Positions 1 through 9,520 of a stretch of 64,000 bases of DNA are shown piece after piece. Every line of letters begins with the position of its first letter. The stretch's first letter is position 1. The notes under the pieces were generated by a model. It saw only the letters and a program-made list of their open reading frames with translations, did not search any database and was not told the origin of the DNA. Both the position numbers and the translations under genes were made by a program. The stretch lies in assembly GCA_025360085.1 (NCBI GenBank), contig JANYCW010000014.1, positions 28,357-92,356 on the forward strand, written 5' to 3'. The DNA is from Actinomycetes bacterium. GTDB lineage: Bacteria; Actinomycetota; Actinomycetes; Nanopelagicales; Nanopelagicaceae.

Positions 1-1
1 A

Positions 2-250
2 GCCGTCGGCTCTACCCTTCGCGCCGCACGTACTTCGCAAGGTCGTACTTTGCGTGATGTAGCTCGCGCTGCCCGAGTGTCCCTTGGCTATTTATCTGAG
101 GTCGAACGCGGACAGAAGGAGGCCTCTTCTGAACTTCTCAATGCAATCTGTGTAGCCCTTGGTCTCTCACTTTCAGGTGTATTTAGCGATGTATCAATCG
201 AACTAGCAAGCCATGAAGGCGTAACTCTTACTGTCGTCGATGCCGCTTAA
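2..250 (+). CDS. clgR: XRE-family HTH transcriptional regulator, ClgR-like (5' end outside window)
   Basis: Frame is open from position 2 ([46 protein letters not shown]), the typical actinobacterial ClgR HTH; DUF3046 lies nearby. Confidence 0.8.
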   Translation, partial: AVGSTLRAARTSQGRTLRDVARAARVSLGYLSEVERGQKEASSELLNAICVALGLSLSGVFSDVSIELASHEGVTLTVVDAA

Positions 251-764
251 TAAGTACGCACCGCAAGTACTTACACATCGGCGCACAGAAAGTTCGATTT
301 TAGCGGCAACAAAGCATCTGATTGCCACGGTAGGACTTACAAAGATGACAATGATTGAGATTGCCGATTCTTCCGAAGTCTCGCGCGCTACCTTATACAA
401 CCATTTTCGAGATAAAGAGAGTGTCATCCTTGCTCTGTGTCAGAGCGAATGTGGACGTCTCATAAATATCGCGCGCAGTGCTCTTCATGCAACTGATGCG
501 TTAGAACTTCTATCGATTCAAGTGTCTACGGATAGCGCACTTGCACATTTGCGAACTCATGATCCTGCGCACTTGTCAATCGGACTAAGTGCAATACATA
601 ACAGACTCTGGACGGACTTAACCGACACCCTTTGCGAAATTACAGGCAGTCGGGTTCTTTCTGACGTGTCGTTACGTTGGTTAATAGGACAAGTTTTCAA
701 TCCATTGACTCCGCAGGATTCGCGTTTGCAAGCAGAACTACTTATTTCTCGTGCGCATTTCTGA
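240..764 (+). CDS. TetR/AcrR-family transcriptional regulator
   Basis: N-terminal TetR HTH motif [24 protein letters not shown]. Confidence 0.85.
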   Translation: MPLNKYAPQVLTHRRTESSILAATKHLIATVGLTKMTMIEIADSSEVSRATLYNHFRDKESVILALCQSECGRLINIARSALHATDALELLSIQVSTDSALAHLRTHDPAHLSIGLSAIHNRLWTDLTDTLCEITGSRVLSDVSLRWLIGQVFNPLTPQDSRLQAELLISRAHF

Positions 765-945
765 TTTACGTGAGCGCCTAACGCTCTCATTCGGTGTAGG
801 TTCACACTTTCCCGTCGATATTGCAATCTCTGAACTTGGAAGCCGAAGTGTTAATGAAGCGCTGGCTGATGGTTATGAAGCTGATGAAGTATGGAAAGCG
901 GTATGTAAAGCCCACCCTCATGAAACAGAAAAATATAGGTATTGA
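751..945 (+). CDS. DUF3046 family protein
   Basis: 64 aa with LGSRSVNEALADGYEADEVWKAVC, matching the small actinobacterial protein usually found just upstream of recA. Confidence 0.8.
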   Translation: MRISDLRERLTLSFGVGSHFPVDIAISELGSRSVNEALADGYEADEVWKAVCKAHPHETEKYRY

Positions 946-1739
946 AATTGAAACTTGCTACGGCACTAACGCAAACAGACTCTCAAAATCCACCGCTAGT
1001 TTTAATTCATGGTTTGGGTTCTGCCGCTACGGTCTTTAAATTAATTGTTCCGCAGCTTTCGAAATCCTTTCGGGTTATCACGGTTGATTTACCCGGACAC
1101 GGTGATAGCCCATTGATAGAGAATGTGGAGATGGACCCGAAGTCATTAGGAAGCGCTATCTTTGACGTAATAAGTAGTGAGTATGGGATCGATAAATTTC
1201 ATGTTGCAGGTAACTCGTTAGGGGGTTGGATTGCTTTAGAAATGGCGGCAAGCCAACCCGATCGAATATTGAGTTTAACGGGTTTGGCACCGGCTGGATT
1301 ATGGCTTGAACCTGCACTTGGACGTACGTTATCTGAGGCAAGGGCACATTACTTAGCGGCAGTATTAAAACCTTTTATCAAACCTGCGCTCAGGTTTCAC
1401 ATATTACGCAAGATTGGCTTTTCGTTAGTTAGCCCCAAATGGCAAGAGTTAAGTTATGAATCGTGTTTAGATGCAAGTATGGCGATGGCCAATTGCTTGG
1501 GCTATTTTTCGGCTTGGGATGGCATGTTGAATCGGCGTTTTGATTCCCATGTACCTCCGAGTGTTCCAGTAACAATTCTCTTCGGCGATAGCGATAACAC
1601 GTTGCCTCGCAATGGCTCACAAGAGCGCACTTTGGCACCTTCTCATAGCACATGGCAGATTATCGATAACTGTGGCCACGCACCGATGTGGGATCACCCA
1701 GATCTGATTGTCGGAATCATCAAAGATACTTCACAGTAA
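942..1739 (+). CDS. Alpha/beta fold hydrolase
   Basis: HGLG oxyanion motif, GNSLGG nucleophile elbow and C-terminal GHAPMWD catalytic His. Confidence 0.85.
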   Translation: MKLKLATALTQTDSQNPPLVLIHGLGSAATVFKLIVPQLSKSFRVITVDLPGHGDSPLIENVEMDPKSLGSAIFDVISSEYGIDKFHVAGNSLGGWIALEMAASQPDRILSLTGLAPAGLWLEPALGRTLSEARAHYLAAVLKPFIKPALRFHILRKIGFSLVSPKWQELSYESCLDASMAMANCLGYFSAWDGMLNRRFDSHVPPSVPVTILFGDSDNTLPRNGSQERTLAPSHSTWQIIDNCGHAPMWDHPDLIVGIIKDTSQ

Positions 1740-1854
1740 AATTGCCTGATATTTAATCAATAATTTTTATCGCCTGTAGTTTTCAAGGAAGATGAGTTTC
1801 ATTGCGCTAGTCTATGACCTTCCACATTTCAATTGACCCTGATTAGGTGCACTT

Positions 1855-3207
1855 ATGAATTCAAAAGAAGTTTTAGCCGATGTGAAAGAAAATAACACCC
1901 GTTTGATTCGATTTCTATATTGTGATCCATCTGGAGTTATCCGTGGGAAAACGGTTCATGCATCTCAGTTTGAATCCAAATTAGAAGAGGGTGTTGGCCT
2001 CACTCGAGCACAGAATGCCGTCAACCTCTTTGAAAATTTAATTCAAGTCGATGGCATGGAGCCAGTCGGTGAAGTTCGCATCATTCCAGATCCAGCAACT
2101 TTTACGCAGTTGCCTTGGCTCAATCGCACCGCCAGTATGCTAAGTGATTTACGCGAACAAGATGGCTCTGAGTGGGGCGGATGTCCTCGAACGGTCTTAA
2201 AGCATGCCATCGAAACCGCACATCAAGCTGGAATTCAAATTTTTGCCGCCTTTGAGAGTGAATTCTACCTTGCCGAAGATATAGGTGATGGGTTAGTCCC
2301 ATGGGCTAACGGCCCTGTCTATTCAAGTGCTGGAATGGATCGTGCCAGCGCTGTCATTGATGACATGGTAGATAATTTAACCGACCAAGGTTTTATCGTT
2401 GAGCAAGCGATAAATGAATATGGTCCAGGTCAACAAGAAATTGTTTTACGCTATACGGATGCACTTGCAGCGGCCGATCAACATTTGAAATTTCGAGATA
2501 CGATTCGAGGCACAGCTGAAGTTGAACATGGTTTAACTGCTTCATTTGCACCCAAACCATTTGTAGATGGAATTGGTTCAGGTGCTCATTTGCATTTCTC
2601 GCTTTGGTCACTCGATGGAAAAGTGAATTTGCTGCATAGCCCGCAATCTCAACGTGAAATATCTGATCTCGGCAAGAGTTTTGTAGCTGGACTTTTAGAG
2701 CACATGCATGCGGTGGTTGCGCTGACATGCCCCTCCTTTGTCTCTTATCAACGCCTAAAGCCGCATTCGTGGGCCGGCTCGACGATTTCTTGGGGATATG
2801 ACAATCGAGAGTGTGCAGTGCGCGTTGCAAGTCCATTTACGGGCAGAGAGTCTGAGTCAATTAATTTAGAACTGAAAGTTTCAGATGGCACGAGCAACCC
2901 GTATCTTGCACTCACCGCAGTTATTCTCGCTGGATTAGATGGAATTAAACGTAATTTAACGCCGCCCAAACCTGCCCATCGCGACCCACTCTTACTTACT
3001 ACGCAAGAGCAGGTGGATTGCAATATACGCCCACTTCCTGCAACTCAACTTGATGCCCTCGCTGCTTTGGAAAACGATGAGGTTCTGAGTCAAGGTTTAG
3101 GTGAGTTAATGCTGCGGTGCATCATGGCCACTCGAAAGGCCGAATCCGCAAGAGCCGTTCAAGAGGGCGATGATTGGGCTCGGCTGGCAACCTTTTCGGT
3201 CTTCTGA
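1855..3207 (+). CDS. Glutamine synthetase-like gamma-glutamyl ligase (GlnA3/FluG C-terminal type)
   Basis: GS fold motifs FESEFY, EYGPGQQE, GSGAHLH, NRECAVRV and ELKVSDGTSNPY. The flap reads PHSWAG rather than PGYEAP, so it is not a canonical GS. Confidence 0.85.
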   Translation: MNSKEVLADVKENNTRLIRFLYCDPSGVIRGKTVHASQFESKLEEGVGLTRAQNAVNLFENLIQVDGMEPVGEVRIIPDPATFTQLPWLNRTASMLSDLREQDGSEWGGCPRTVLKHAIETAHQAGIQIFAAFESEFYLAEDIGDGLVPWANGPVYSSAGMDRASAVIDDMVDNLTDQGFIVEQAINEYGPGQQEIVLRYTDALAAADQHLKFRDTIRGTAEVEHGLTASFAPKPFVDGIGSGAHLHFSLWSLDGKVNLLHSPQSQREISDLGKSFVAGLLEHMHAVVALTCPSFVSYQRLKPHSWAGSTISWGYDNRECAVRVASPFTGRESESINLELKVSDGTSNPYLALTAVILAGLDGIKRNLTPPKPAHRDPLLLTTQEQVDCNIRPLPATQLDALAALENDEVLSQGLGELMLRCIMATRKAESARAVQEGDDWARLATFSVF

Positions 3208-3326
3208 AATTTTTTTAAGTTATTTTGTAAAAAATAGCGAACCATCCTTCAATTCCTGGTAACTGGCTGAGATACTAACCCGGTCAGAGATTGGAAATAA
3301 TTATTAGCTAGGGGGAGGGTAGATCT

Positions 3327-4778
3327 ATGACCGATGTAGGAGTTAAGGGTTTAATCAAGAATCTCAATATTTGGGAGGCAATTGGAATTTCAGTTGCGCT
3401 CATGGCCCCATCAATGGCGGCAAATATCAATCCGCAAGGCACCGCAACGACCGTTGGTCGCGCCGTTCCCGTTGCATTTGCTCTTGCAACAATCGGCGTT
3501 TTACTTGTTGCTTATGGGTTTGTACGGTTAAGTCAGAACTTTCATCATGCAGGAAGCGTCTATGGCTTCGTCGGTGCAACAACTGGGCCACGAAGTGGTG
3601 TCGTTGCAGGTTGGGGATTAATCGGCACGTATATTTTTTACGGCTGTGTTACTTCAATGGCCGCTGGAATTTTCGGTGCAAAATTCCTAGACGAAATCGG
3701 TCTTTGGAAAAATCAATCACCATCTGCAGGATTTTTAGTCGGCGCAATCGCTCTCGTTTTAGCGTACTTTCTCGCAATCGTCCCAGCTCGAAACGGAACT
3801 CGCTTATTGCTAATCGTCGAAGCGATTACCGTAGTCCTGATTCTAATAACTGCATTTGTAGTTCTCGGAAAGCTCATTGGCGGTACGGCCCCAAATGGCC
3901 TTGGTGTGGATATGTCGGTATTTTCAATTCCATCTGGAACTGGCGGATCAACAGTTTTCCTTGGTGTCGTATTTGGGTTCTTATCTTTTGCCGGATTTGA
4001 AGCCGCTGCAACCCTTGGAGAGGAAGCCCGTAACCCTCGAAAAGATATTCCCCGTGCAATTCTAGGTACAGCAATCTTCGGTGGAGTCTATTTTGTCTTT
4101 GTTACCGCCGTTGAAATGATGGGATTTGGAACCAACGAAGCCGGTGTCAAATCATTTATTGCTTCGGGTTCGCTCATGGGAGATTTAGGTACTCAATATG
4201 TTGGCTCTTGGATTGGCACAATAATTACTTTAGGTGCGGCAGTTAGCGCTTTTGGCTGTTGTTTAGCCTGTATCGTCGGAAGTTCGCGGATGCTCTTTGC
4301 CATGGGCCGTGACAGTGGAAACGCCCGTTTAGCTTCTATTTCAAGTAAGAATGGCGTTCCTACAATGGCTACGCGAATGGTTACTGGAGCTGCCGCCATC
4401 ATTATCGCACTCTGGGCAGTAATTGGTAACGCAAAACCCTTCGATATCTTTGTTGGAAGTGGTGTTATTGGCACACTTATTTTGGTGGCAGTGTATGTAT
4501 TTGCAACCATTGGTGCAATTAAATTCCTCTTCCTCTCTGGAACTAAACGTGTAGCCACGTGGGAGATTATTATTCCAATCGTGGGCTTAGTAGTTCTAAT
4601 TTATACGCTCTACCGAAATGTAATCCCATTTCCAACTAGCGGACCTTCTCGAATATATCCGATTGTGAGCGCATTGTGGCTTGCTGTCGGAATAATTACG
4701 GTATTTGCGCGCCCAGCTTTCACTAAAAAACTGGGTACCCGACTACTTGCTGATGAAAATCTATCTGCTTCACGTTAA
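3327..4778 (+). CDS. APC-family amino acid/amine permease
   Basis: About 12 hydrophobic segments; SFAGFEAAATLGEEARNP and SRMLFAMGRD APC signatures; SD GGGAGG upstream. Confidence 0.9.
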   Translation: MTDVGVKGLIKNLNIWEAIGISVALMAPSMAANINPQGTATTVGRAVPVAFALATIGVLLVAYGFVRLSQNFHHAGSVYGFVGATTGPRSGVVAGWGLIGTYIFYGCVTSMAAGIFGAKFLDEIGLWKNQSPSAGFLVGAIALVLAYFLAIVPARNGTRLLLIVEAITVVLILITAFVVLGKLIGGTAPNGLGVDMSVFSIPSGTGGSTVFLGVVFGFLSFAGFEAAATLGEEARNPRKDIPRAILGTAIFGGVYFVFVTAVEMMGFGTNEAGVKSFIASGSLMGDLGTQYVGSWIGTIITLGAAVSAFGCCLACIVGSSRMLFAMGRDSGNARLASISSKNGVPTMATRMVTGAAAIIIALWAVIGNAKPFDIFVGSGVIGTLILVAVYVFATIGAIKFLFLSGTKRVATWEIIIPIVGLVVLIYTLYRNVIPFPTSGPSRIYPIVSALWLAVGIITVFARPAFTKKLGTRLLADENLSASR

Positions 4779-4819
4779 TTAATCGATATCAATAACAACT
4801 GCGGGAGATGAAATAAAAG

Positions 4820-5515
4820 ATGCTAGAAAATGTCAAAGTTGTAGATTTAACGATTCCACTTGGGACGGACATCATTATGTGGCCGGGGGCACCTTCTCCA
4901 GAAATGGAGACGCTCGTAACGGTTTCGCACGATGGTTACTTTGCCAGACGAGTATCGTTCTTTGAACATACGGGTACGCATTTTGATGCACCATGCCATT
5001 TCATTGAAGGAACTGCAACGACTGACACAATTTCAGTCGATTCTTTGGTTCGACCCGCAGTTGTTATAGATATCTCTTCTGCCATTGGAAACGATCCCGA
5101 TGCCGTCTTAACTTTGGAGCAGGTGGAGGATTTTGAAAGAACACATGGTGAGATTCCATTTAACGCCGCTATTTTATTGCGGACAGGTTGGGAGGATTTC
5201 AATACCGATTCATTGAAATATTGCGGTCCCGATGGCGATCTGCATTTCCCGGGATTTGGCGTTGATGCGGCGAGATTTTTAGTCGAAGAACGCCACGCTG
5301 CGGGTCTTGGAATCGACACTTTAGGAATCGATCCGGGAAATCGCCCAGATTTTCCGGTGCACTCGCAGATATCGCACCCTAAAGGTCTGTGGCATTTAGA
5401 GAATTTACAGAACTTAAAACTTCTCCCACCATTGGGTGCGTGGATTATCGTTGGAGTTCTCCCGCTCGTGGGAGGCTCAGGAAGTCCCGCTCGAGTTATT
5501 GCGCTTCTACCTTAA
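4820..5515 (+). CDS. Cyclase-family metal-dependent hydrolase (kynurenine formamidase KynB-like)
   Basis: HTGTHFDAPCH (HxGTHxDxPxH), GIDTLGID, HLENL and GGSGSPAR motifs. Confidence 0.88.
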   Translation: MLENVKVVDLTIPLGTDIIMWPGAPSPEMETLVTVSHDGYFARRVSFFEHTGTHFDAPCHFIEGTATTDTISVDSLVRPAVVIDISSAIGNDPDAVLTLEQVEDFERTHGEIPFNAAILLRTGWEDFNTDSLKYCGPDGDLHFPGFGVDAARFLVEERHAAGLGIDTLGIDPGNRPDFPVHSQISHPKGLWHLENLQNLKLLPPLGAWIIVGVLPLVGGSGSPARVIALLP

Positions 5516-5516
5516 T

Positions 5517-6106
5517 ATGCCCGAAAAATGGGCCTTTATAGCCACCTGTGACTTAGTTGCTCACGTTCGAGGTCGAAGTGCGCCCTACCAACAATTAATT
5601 GAACGGGAATCTGGAGTTGGTTGGGTACCGGCTGATTTAGCAATGAGTGCATTTGGCACAGTAACTAGCCCTAACGCCTTTGGAGTCCTGGGGGGATTTG
5701 CATCGCAAAAGAGAATCGAGAGGCGTTGCTCCGAATTTGTCCACAAATAAAAATTGCCAACCACAATCAATCCAAGAGTTTCAATATTGAATATCGGGCA
5801 GCCGATGCCACGGCAAATCCTTGGATAGTTTTCGGAAGTCTTATTCATGCGATGCGAACCGGTCTAGAATCAAATCTTATTTTAGATCACGTGATAGATT
5901 CCGAAATTGAAGGAGTTGAAGGAGTGAGGCCACTTCCCGTGAGCCTGGAACACGCACTTTCATTTCTTGTAAAGGACGTGATGGTACAAAGTTGGTTTGA
6001 CCCGATTCTTCTTTCAACATTTTTGGGCATTCGCGCCAGCGAGGCCCACGAGTTGATTGATTTATCCCCAGAAGAAAGGTGTACCCGATATGTCAACGTC
6101 TACTGA
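5517..6106 (+). pseudogene. Glutamine synthetase-like gene with a large internal deletion and frameshift
   Basis: ATG 5517 gives the GS-like N-terminus (FIATCDLVAHVRGRS...GVGWVPADL). A different frame from about 5675 gives the GS C-terminus (LWSPGGICIAKENREALLRICP...FNIEYRAADATANPW...PLPVSLEHAL). The central catalytic region is absent. Confidence 0.85.
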
Positions 6107-7241
6107 AGAACTTCGCGAACATATAGAAAATATCAAACTTACTGACCATCATGTTCATGGTGTTGTACGCGATAATCCCAGTGCAGAGCAGTTTGCAAAC
6201 ATGATTACCGAATCTGATCGAACACCTAAATCTGTTGAAGCGGCATTGGATACTCAAGTCGGATTCGCCGTACGTCGCTGGTGCGCGCCGGTGCTCGGCC
6301 TACCTGTACATGCCTCTGCCACTGAGTATTTTCACCGCAGAATTGATTTGGGTAGTGAGCGCGTAAATCAGCTGCTTTTGAATAAAACTGGCATTTCGCA
6401 CTACTTGATTGAGACGGGCTTTCGGGGCGATGAGATCTATGGAGTCGAGGGAATGCGCGAAATTACAGGTGCTAAAGTAAGTGAAGTCATCAGGTTAGAG
6501 GTTTTAGCCCAGATTCATGCCGAGAGTAGCGGCACTACTGTTGAGAATTTTAGCAAAAGTTTTGAGGCGATTTTAAGGCAAAGGGCGGTTAATGCCGTCG
6601 GTTTGAAGAGTATTGCAGCGTATCGAATTGGTCTAGATTTTGATCCAACAAGACCAAATGAGTTTGAACTTCGCGCGGCATTAGATGCGTGGTTTAAGTC
6701 CATTCATAATGGAGGCGATCCTCGGCTAAATAACCCGATAATTATTCGTCATGTAATTTGGCAAGGCATAGATTTAGGTTTGCCAATTCAGTTTCATATT
6801 GGTTACGGTGATCCAGATTTAAATCTTCATAAATGTGATCCTCTTTTAATGACTGAACTAATTCGGATGACCGAAAAATTAAATGTCCCTATTATGCTTT
6901 TACATAACTATCCATATCAGAGAAATGCGGGCTATTTGGCTCAGATGTTTACAAATGTTTTCATCGATGTTGGATTAGCCATTAATTATGTCGGTGCTAG
7001 GGCGCCAGCGGTAATCGCCGAATCATTAGAGCTTGCCCCGTTTAGTAAAATCCTTTTTTCATCCGATGCTTGGGGTCTACCTGAATTGACCTATTTGGGT
7101 GCTCGACTATTTAGAAATGGTTTATTTGAAACTCTGGCGCAATGGGTTGAAAAAGGTGATTGGTCATTAAATGATGCTAAACACGTGAGTGATTCAATTG
7201 GTTTTATGAACGCAAACCGCGCCTATTCGTTAGAGGCCTAA
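6090..7241 (+). CDS. Amidohydrolase family protein (FluG N-terminal / Amidohydro_2 type)
   Basis: DHHVHG metal site, GLKSIAAYRIGLD, QFHIGYGDPD, LLHNYPY and FSSDAWGLPE. ATG 6090 is preferred over 6057. Confidence 0.88.
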   Translation: MSTSTEELREHIENIKLTDHHVHGVVRDNPSAEQFANMITESDRTPKSVEAALDTQVGFAVRRWCAPVLGLPVHASATEYFHRRIDLGSERVNQLLLNKTGISHYLIETGFRGDEIYGVEGMREITGAKVSEVIRLEVLAQIHAESSGTTVENFSKSFEAILRQRAVNAVGLKSIAAYRIGLDFDPTRPNEFELRAALDAWFKSIHNGGDPRLNNPIIIRHVIWQGIDLGLPIQFHIGYGDPDLNLHKCDPLLMTELIRMTEKLNVPIMLLHNYPYQRNAGYLAQMFTNVFIDVGLAINYVGARAPAVIAESLELAPFSKILFSSDAWGLPELTYLGARLFRNGLFETLAQWVEKGDWSLNDAKHVSDSIGFMNANRAYSLEA

Positions 7242-8432
7242 AGTAGATCGTGCATCGACAAAGGCATCAACGCACGTCCTAATCTCTTCAAAAGTATGGC
7301 TTGCACTTAATTGGATTCTTATTCGTGCTTTCCCCAGTGGAACCACGGGATATGAAAAGGCAACGGCGAAAATTCCGCGTTCAAAAAGGGCCTTTGCCAT
7401 GGCCACTGCGGTGTGTTCGTCACGAAACATCACGGGAACGATTGGATGCTCACCAGGCAAAAGTTCAAAGCCATTTTCGAGCATTAGTGCACGAAATAAA
7501 GCGGCATTTGCTAGTGTTTTTTTGCCTCGTTCTGGGTGTGCCTTAATGACATCAAGGGCGGCAATGCTGCCTGCGACAACTGATGGCGGCACCGAGTTTG
7601 AAAATAGATAAGGGCGAGCTTTTTGACGGAGCATTGCGATTATTTCGGGGTGGCGTGAGCTGATGTAACCACCTGATGCCCCGCCCAAAGCTTTTCCTAA
7701 AGTGCCAGAGAGAATATCCACGCGATTGACCACGTCAAAATACTGTGGTGTGCCCGCGCCCGTTGCTCCGATAAATCCCGTTGCATGCGAATCATCGACC
7801 ATGACTAACGCCCCGTATTTTTCGGCCAAATCACATATTCCCTTAAGAGGCGCGAAGGATCCATCCATGGAAAAAACTCCATCGGTGATGATTAAAATAC
7901 TCTTGGATCCAGATGCGGCTTTGAGTTGAACCTCCAAATCCGCTAAATCTCGGTTTTGATAGCGTAAGCGTTTAGCTTTGCATAATCTGATGCCATCAAT
8001 TATTGAGGCGTGGTTGAGTGAATCAGAGATAATTGCATCGTTTTCATCGAAGAGGGCCTCAAAGAGACCCCCATTGGCATCAAAGCACGAAGGAAAAAGT
8101 ATTGTTGCCGAAGTTGCCAAAAATTCAGTGAGTTTTTTTTCTAAGAGAAGATGTTGATTGTGGGTACCGGCAATAAATCGAACGCTCGCCATTCCAAATC
8201 CATAGGTATCTAAAGCTGATTTTGCTGCTGTAATAATTTCTTCGTTATTTGCCAAGCCGAGATAGTTATTAGAGCAGAAATTTAAAAGTTCTTTGCCTGA
8301 TGCCTGAATTTCCACGGCTTGAGATCCGGACAGGGGGCGCTCTTGCTTTAACAGCCCCGCATCTTCTAGAACAACTAATTTATCCCGAAGCTCGTTGATA
8401 AAATCACCTATGGAAGAAATTTCTAGCTCCAA
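7230..8432 (-). CDS. kbl: Glycine C-acetyltransferase (2-amino-3-ketobutyrate CoA ligase)
   Basis: [36 protein letters not shown] (PLP Lys) and [12 protein letters not shown]; adjacent to tdh. Confidence 0.93.
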   Translation of the reverse strand: MELEISSIGDFINELRDKLVVLEDAGLLKQERPLSGSQAVEIQASGKELLNFCSNNYLGLANNEEIITAAKSALDTYGFGMASVRFIAGTHNQHLLLEKKLTEFLATSATILFPSCFDANGGLFEALFDENDAIISDSLNHASIIDGIRLCKAKRLRYQNRDLADLEVQLKAASGSKSILIITDGVFSMDGSFAPLKGICDLAEKYGALVMVDDSHATGFIGATGAGTPQYFDVVNRVDILSGTLGKALGGASGGYISSRHPEIIAMLRQKARPYLFSNSVPPSVVAGSIAALDVIKAHPERGKKTLANAALFRALMLENGFELLPGEHPIVPVMFRDEHTAVAMAKALFERGIFAVAFSYPVVPLGKARIRIQLSASHTFEEIRTCVDAFVDARSTLGL

Positions 8433-9448
8433 TCCAAAATTATTTTTCCGCAGTTTCCAGATCTTGCGAGTTCAAAGGCAGATTCCCATTCATTGGCGGC
8501 AAATCTATGCGTAATCACACTGGAAATATCTAAGCCTTTTTGAACCATTGAGTTCATCGAATACCAGGTTTCATACATTTCGCGGCCATAGATTCCTTTA
8601 ATAGTAATCATATGTGTGACGACCTTAGCCCAGTCAATAGATATGGGATCCTTCGGTAAACCAAGAGCTGCGATTCGCGCACCATGTCCCACGTTTGCAA
8701 GGATCATAGGTATGGCAGATTGGTGCCCGCTCATCTCAAATGCAACATCAAATCCCTCTTTCATGCCAAGGCTTTTCATTGTTGTTGAAATCTCGTGAGA
8801 AGAGATATTAATTGCTGCATCGACTCCCATGTCGCGCGCTAACTTTAAGCGGTACTCATTGACATCGGTGATGACGATAAATCGTGCACCGACAAATCGT
8901 GCGATTGCCGCCGACATTAATCCGATGGGTCCAGCTCCTGTAATCAAAACATCTTCACCAACAACGGGAAAACTTAAAGCCGTGTGTACTGCATTGCCTA
9001 ATGGATCAAAGATTGCTGCAAGATCTAAATCAATATCAGGTGGGTGTGACCACACATTGCCTTCGGGAATTACAACAAACTCCGCAAAAGCACCATTGCG
9101 ATTAACACCGACACCTAATGTGTTCATACATAAATGACGGCGGCCCGCGCGGCAGTTACGACAAAGACCGCAGACGATATGGCCTTCTCCTGAAACGACA
9201 TCTCCAACTTTTATCGTTGTAACATCGCCTCCGATTTCACTGACTCGGCCGACGAACTCATGGCCAGGAATAAATGGAGGATTCAAATTTTGATCTGCCC
9301 AAGAATCCCAACTTTCAATATGGAGATCTGTTCCACATATTCCGGTTTTTAGCACACGGATTTTGACCTCTCGGGCACCGACATTGGGTTCTGGCAGTTC
9401 AAGGAGCTCTAAGCCAGGTGCACGGTGTGCCTTATACAGAGCTCTCAT
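8423..9448 (-). CDS. tdh: L-threonine 3-dehydrogenase
   Basis: Zn-ADH motifs [33 protein letters not shown] and [12 protein letters not shown]. Confidence 0.95.
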   Translation of the reverse strand: MRALYKAHRAPGLELLELPEPNVGAREVKIRVLKTGICGTDLHIESWDSWADQNLNPPFIPGHEFVGRVSEIGGDVTTIKVGDVVSGEGHIVCGLCRNCRAGRRHLCMNTLGVGVNRNGAFAEFVVIPEGNVWSHPPDIDLDLAAIFDPLGNAVHTALSFPVVGEDVLITGAGPIGLMSAAIARFVGARFIVITDVNEYRLKLARDMGVDAAINISSHEISTTMKSLGMKEGFDVAFEMSGHQSAIPMILANVGHGARIAALGLPKDPISIDWAKVVTHMITIKGIYGREMYETWYSMNSMVQKGLDISSVITHRFAANEWESAFELARSGNCGKIILDWS

Positions 9449-9520
9449 GCCAACCTCTCGCTATACCTAGGTCAACACCCTACTCGTAGAGCGAGGTTTT
9501 TTGGGATGAGAACGAACTAG

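Noticed and set aside
3259-3290. GTAAC/CTAAC direct repeat upstream of the first APC permease as a GlnR site
   Set aside because: Spacing does not fit AC-n9-AC and the second half-sites are poor.
3371-4000. 209-aa alternative-frame ORF inside the APC permease
   Set aside because: Arg/Cys/Asn-rich shadow of a hydrophobic coding frame, with no motifs and no start signals.
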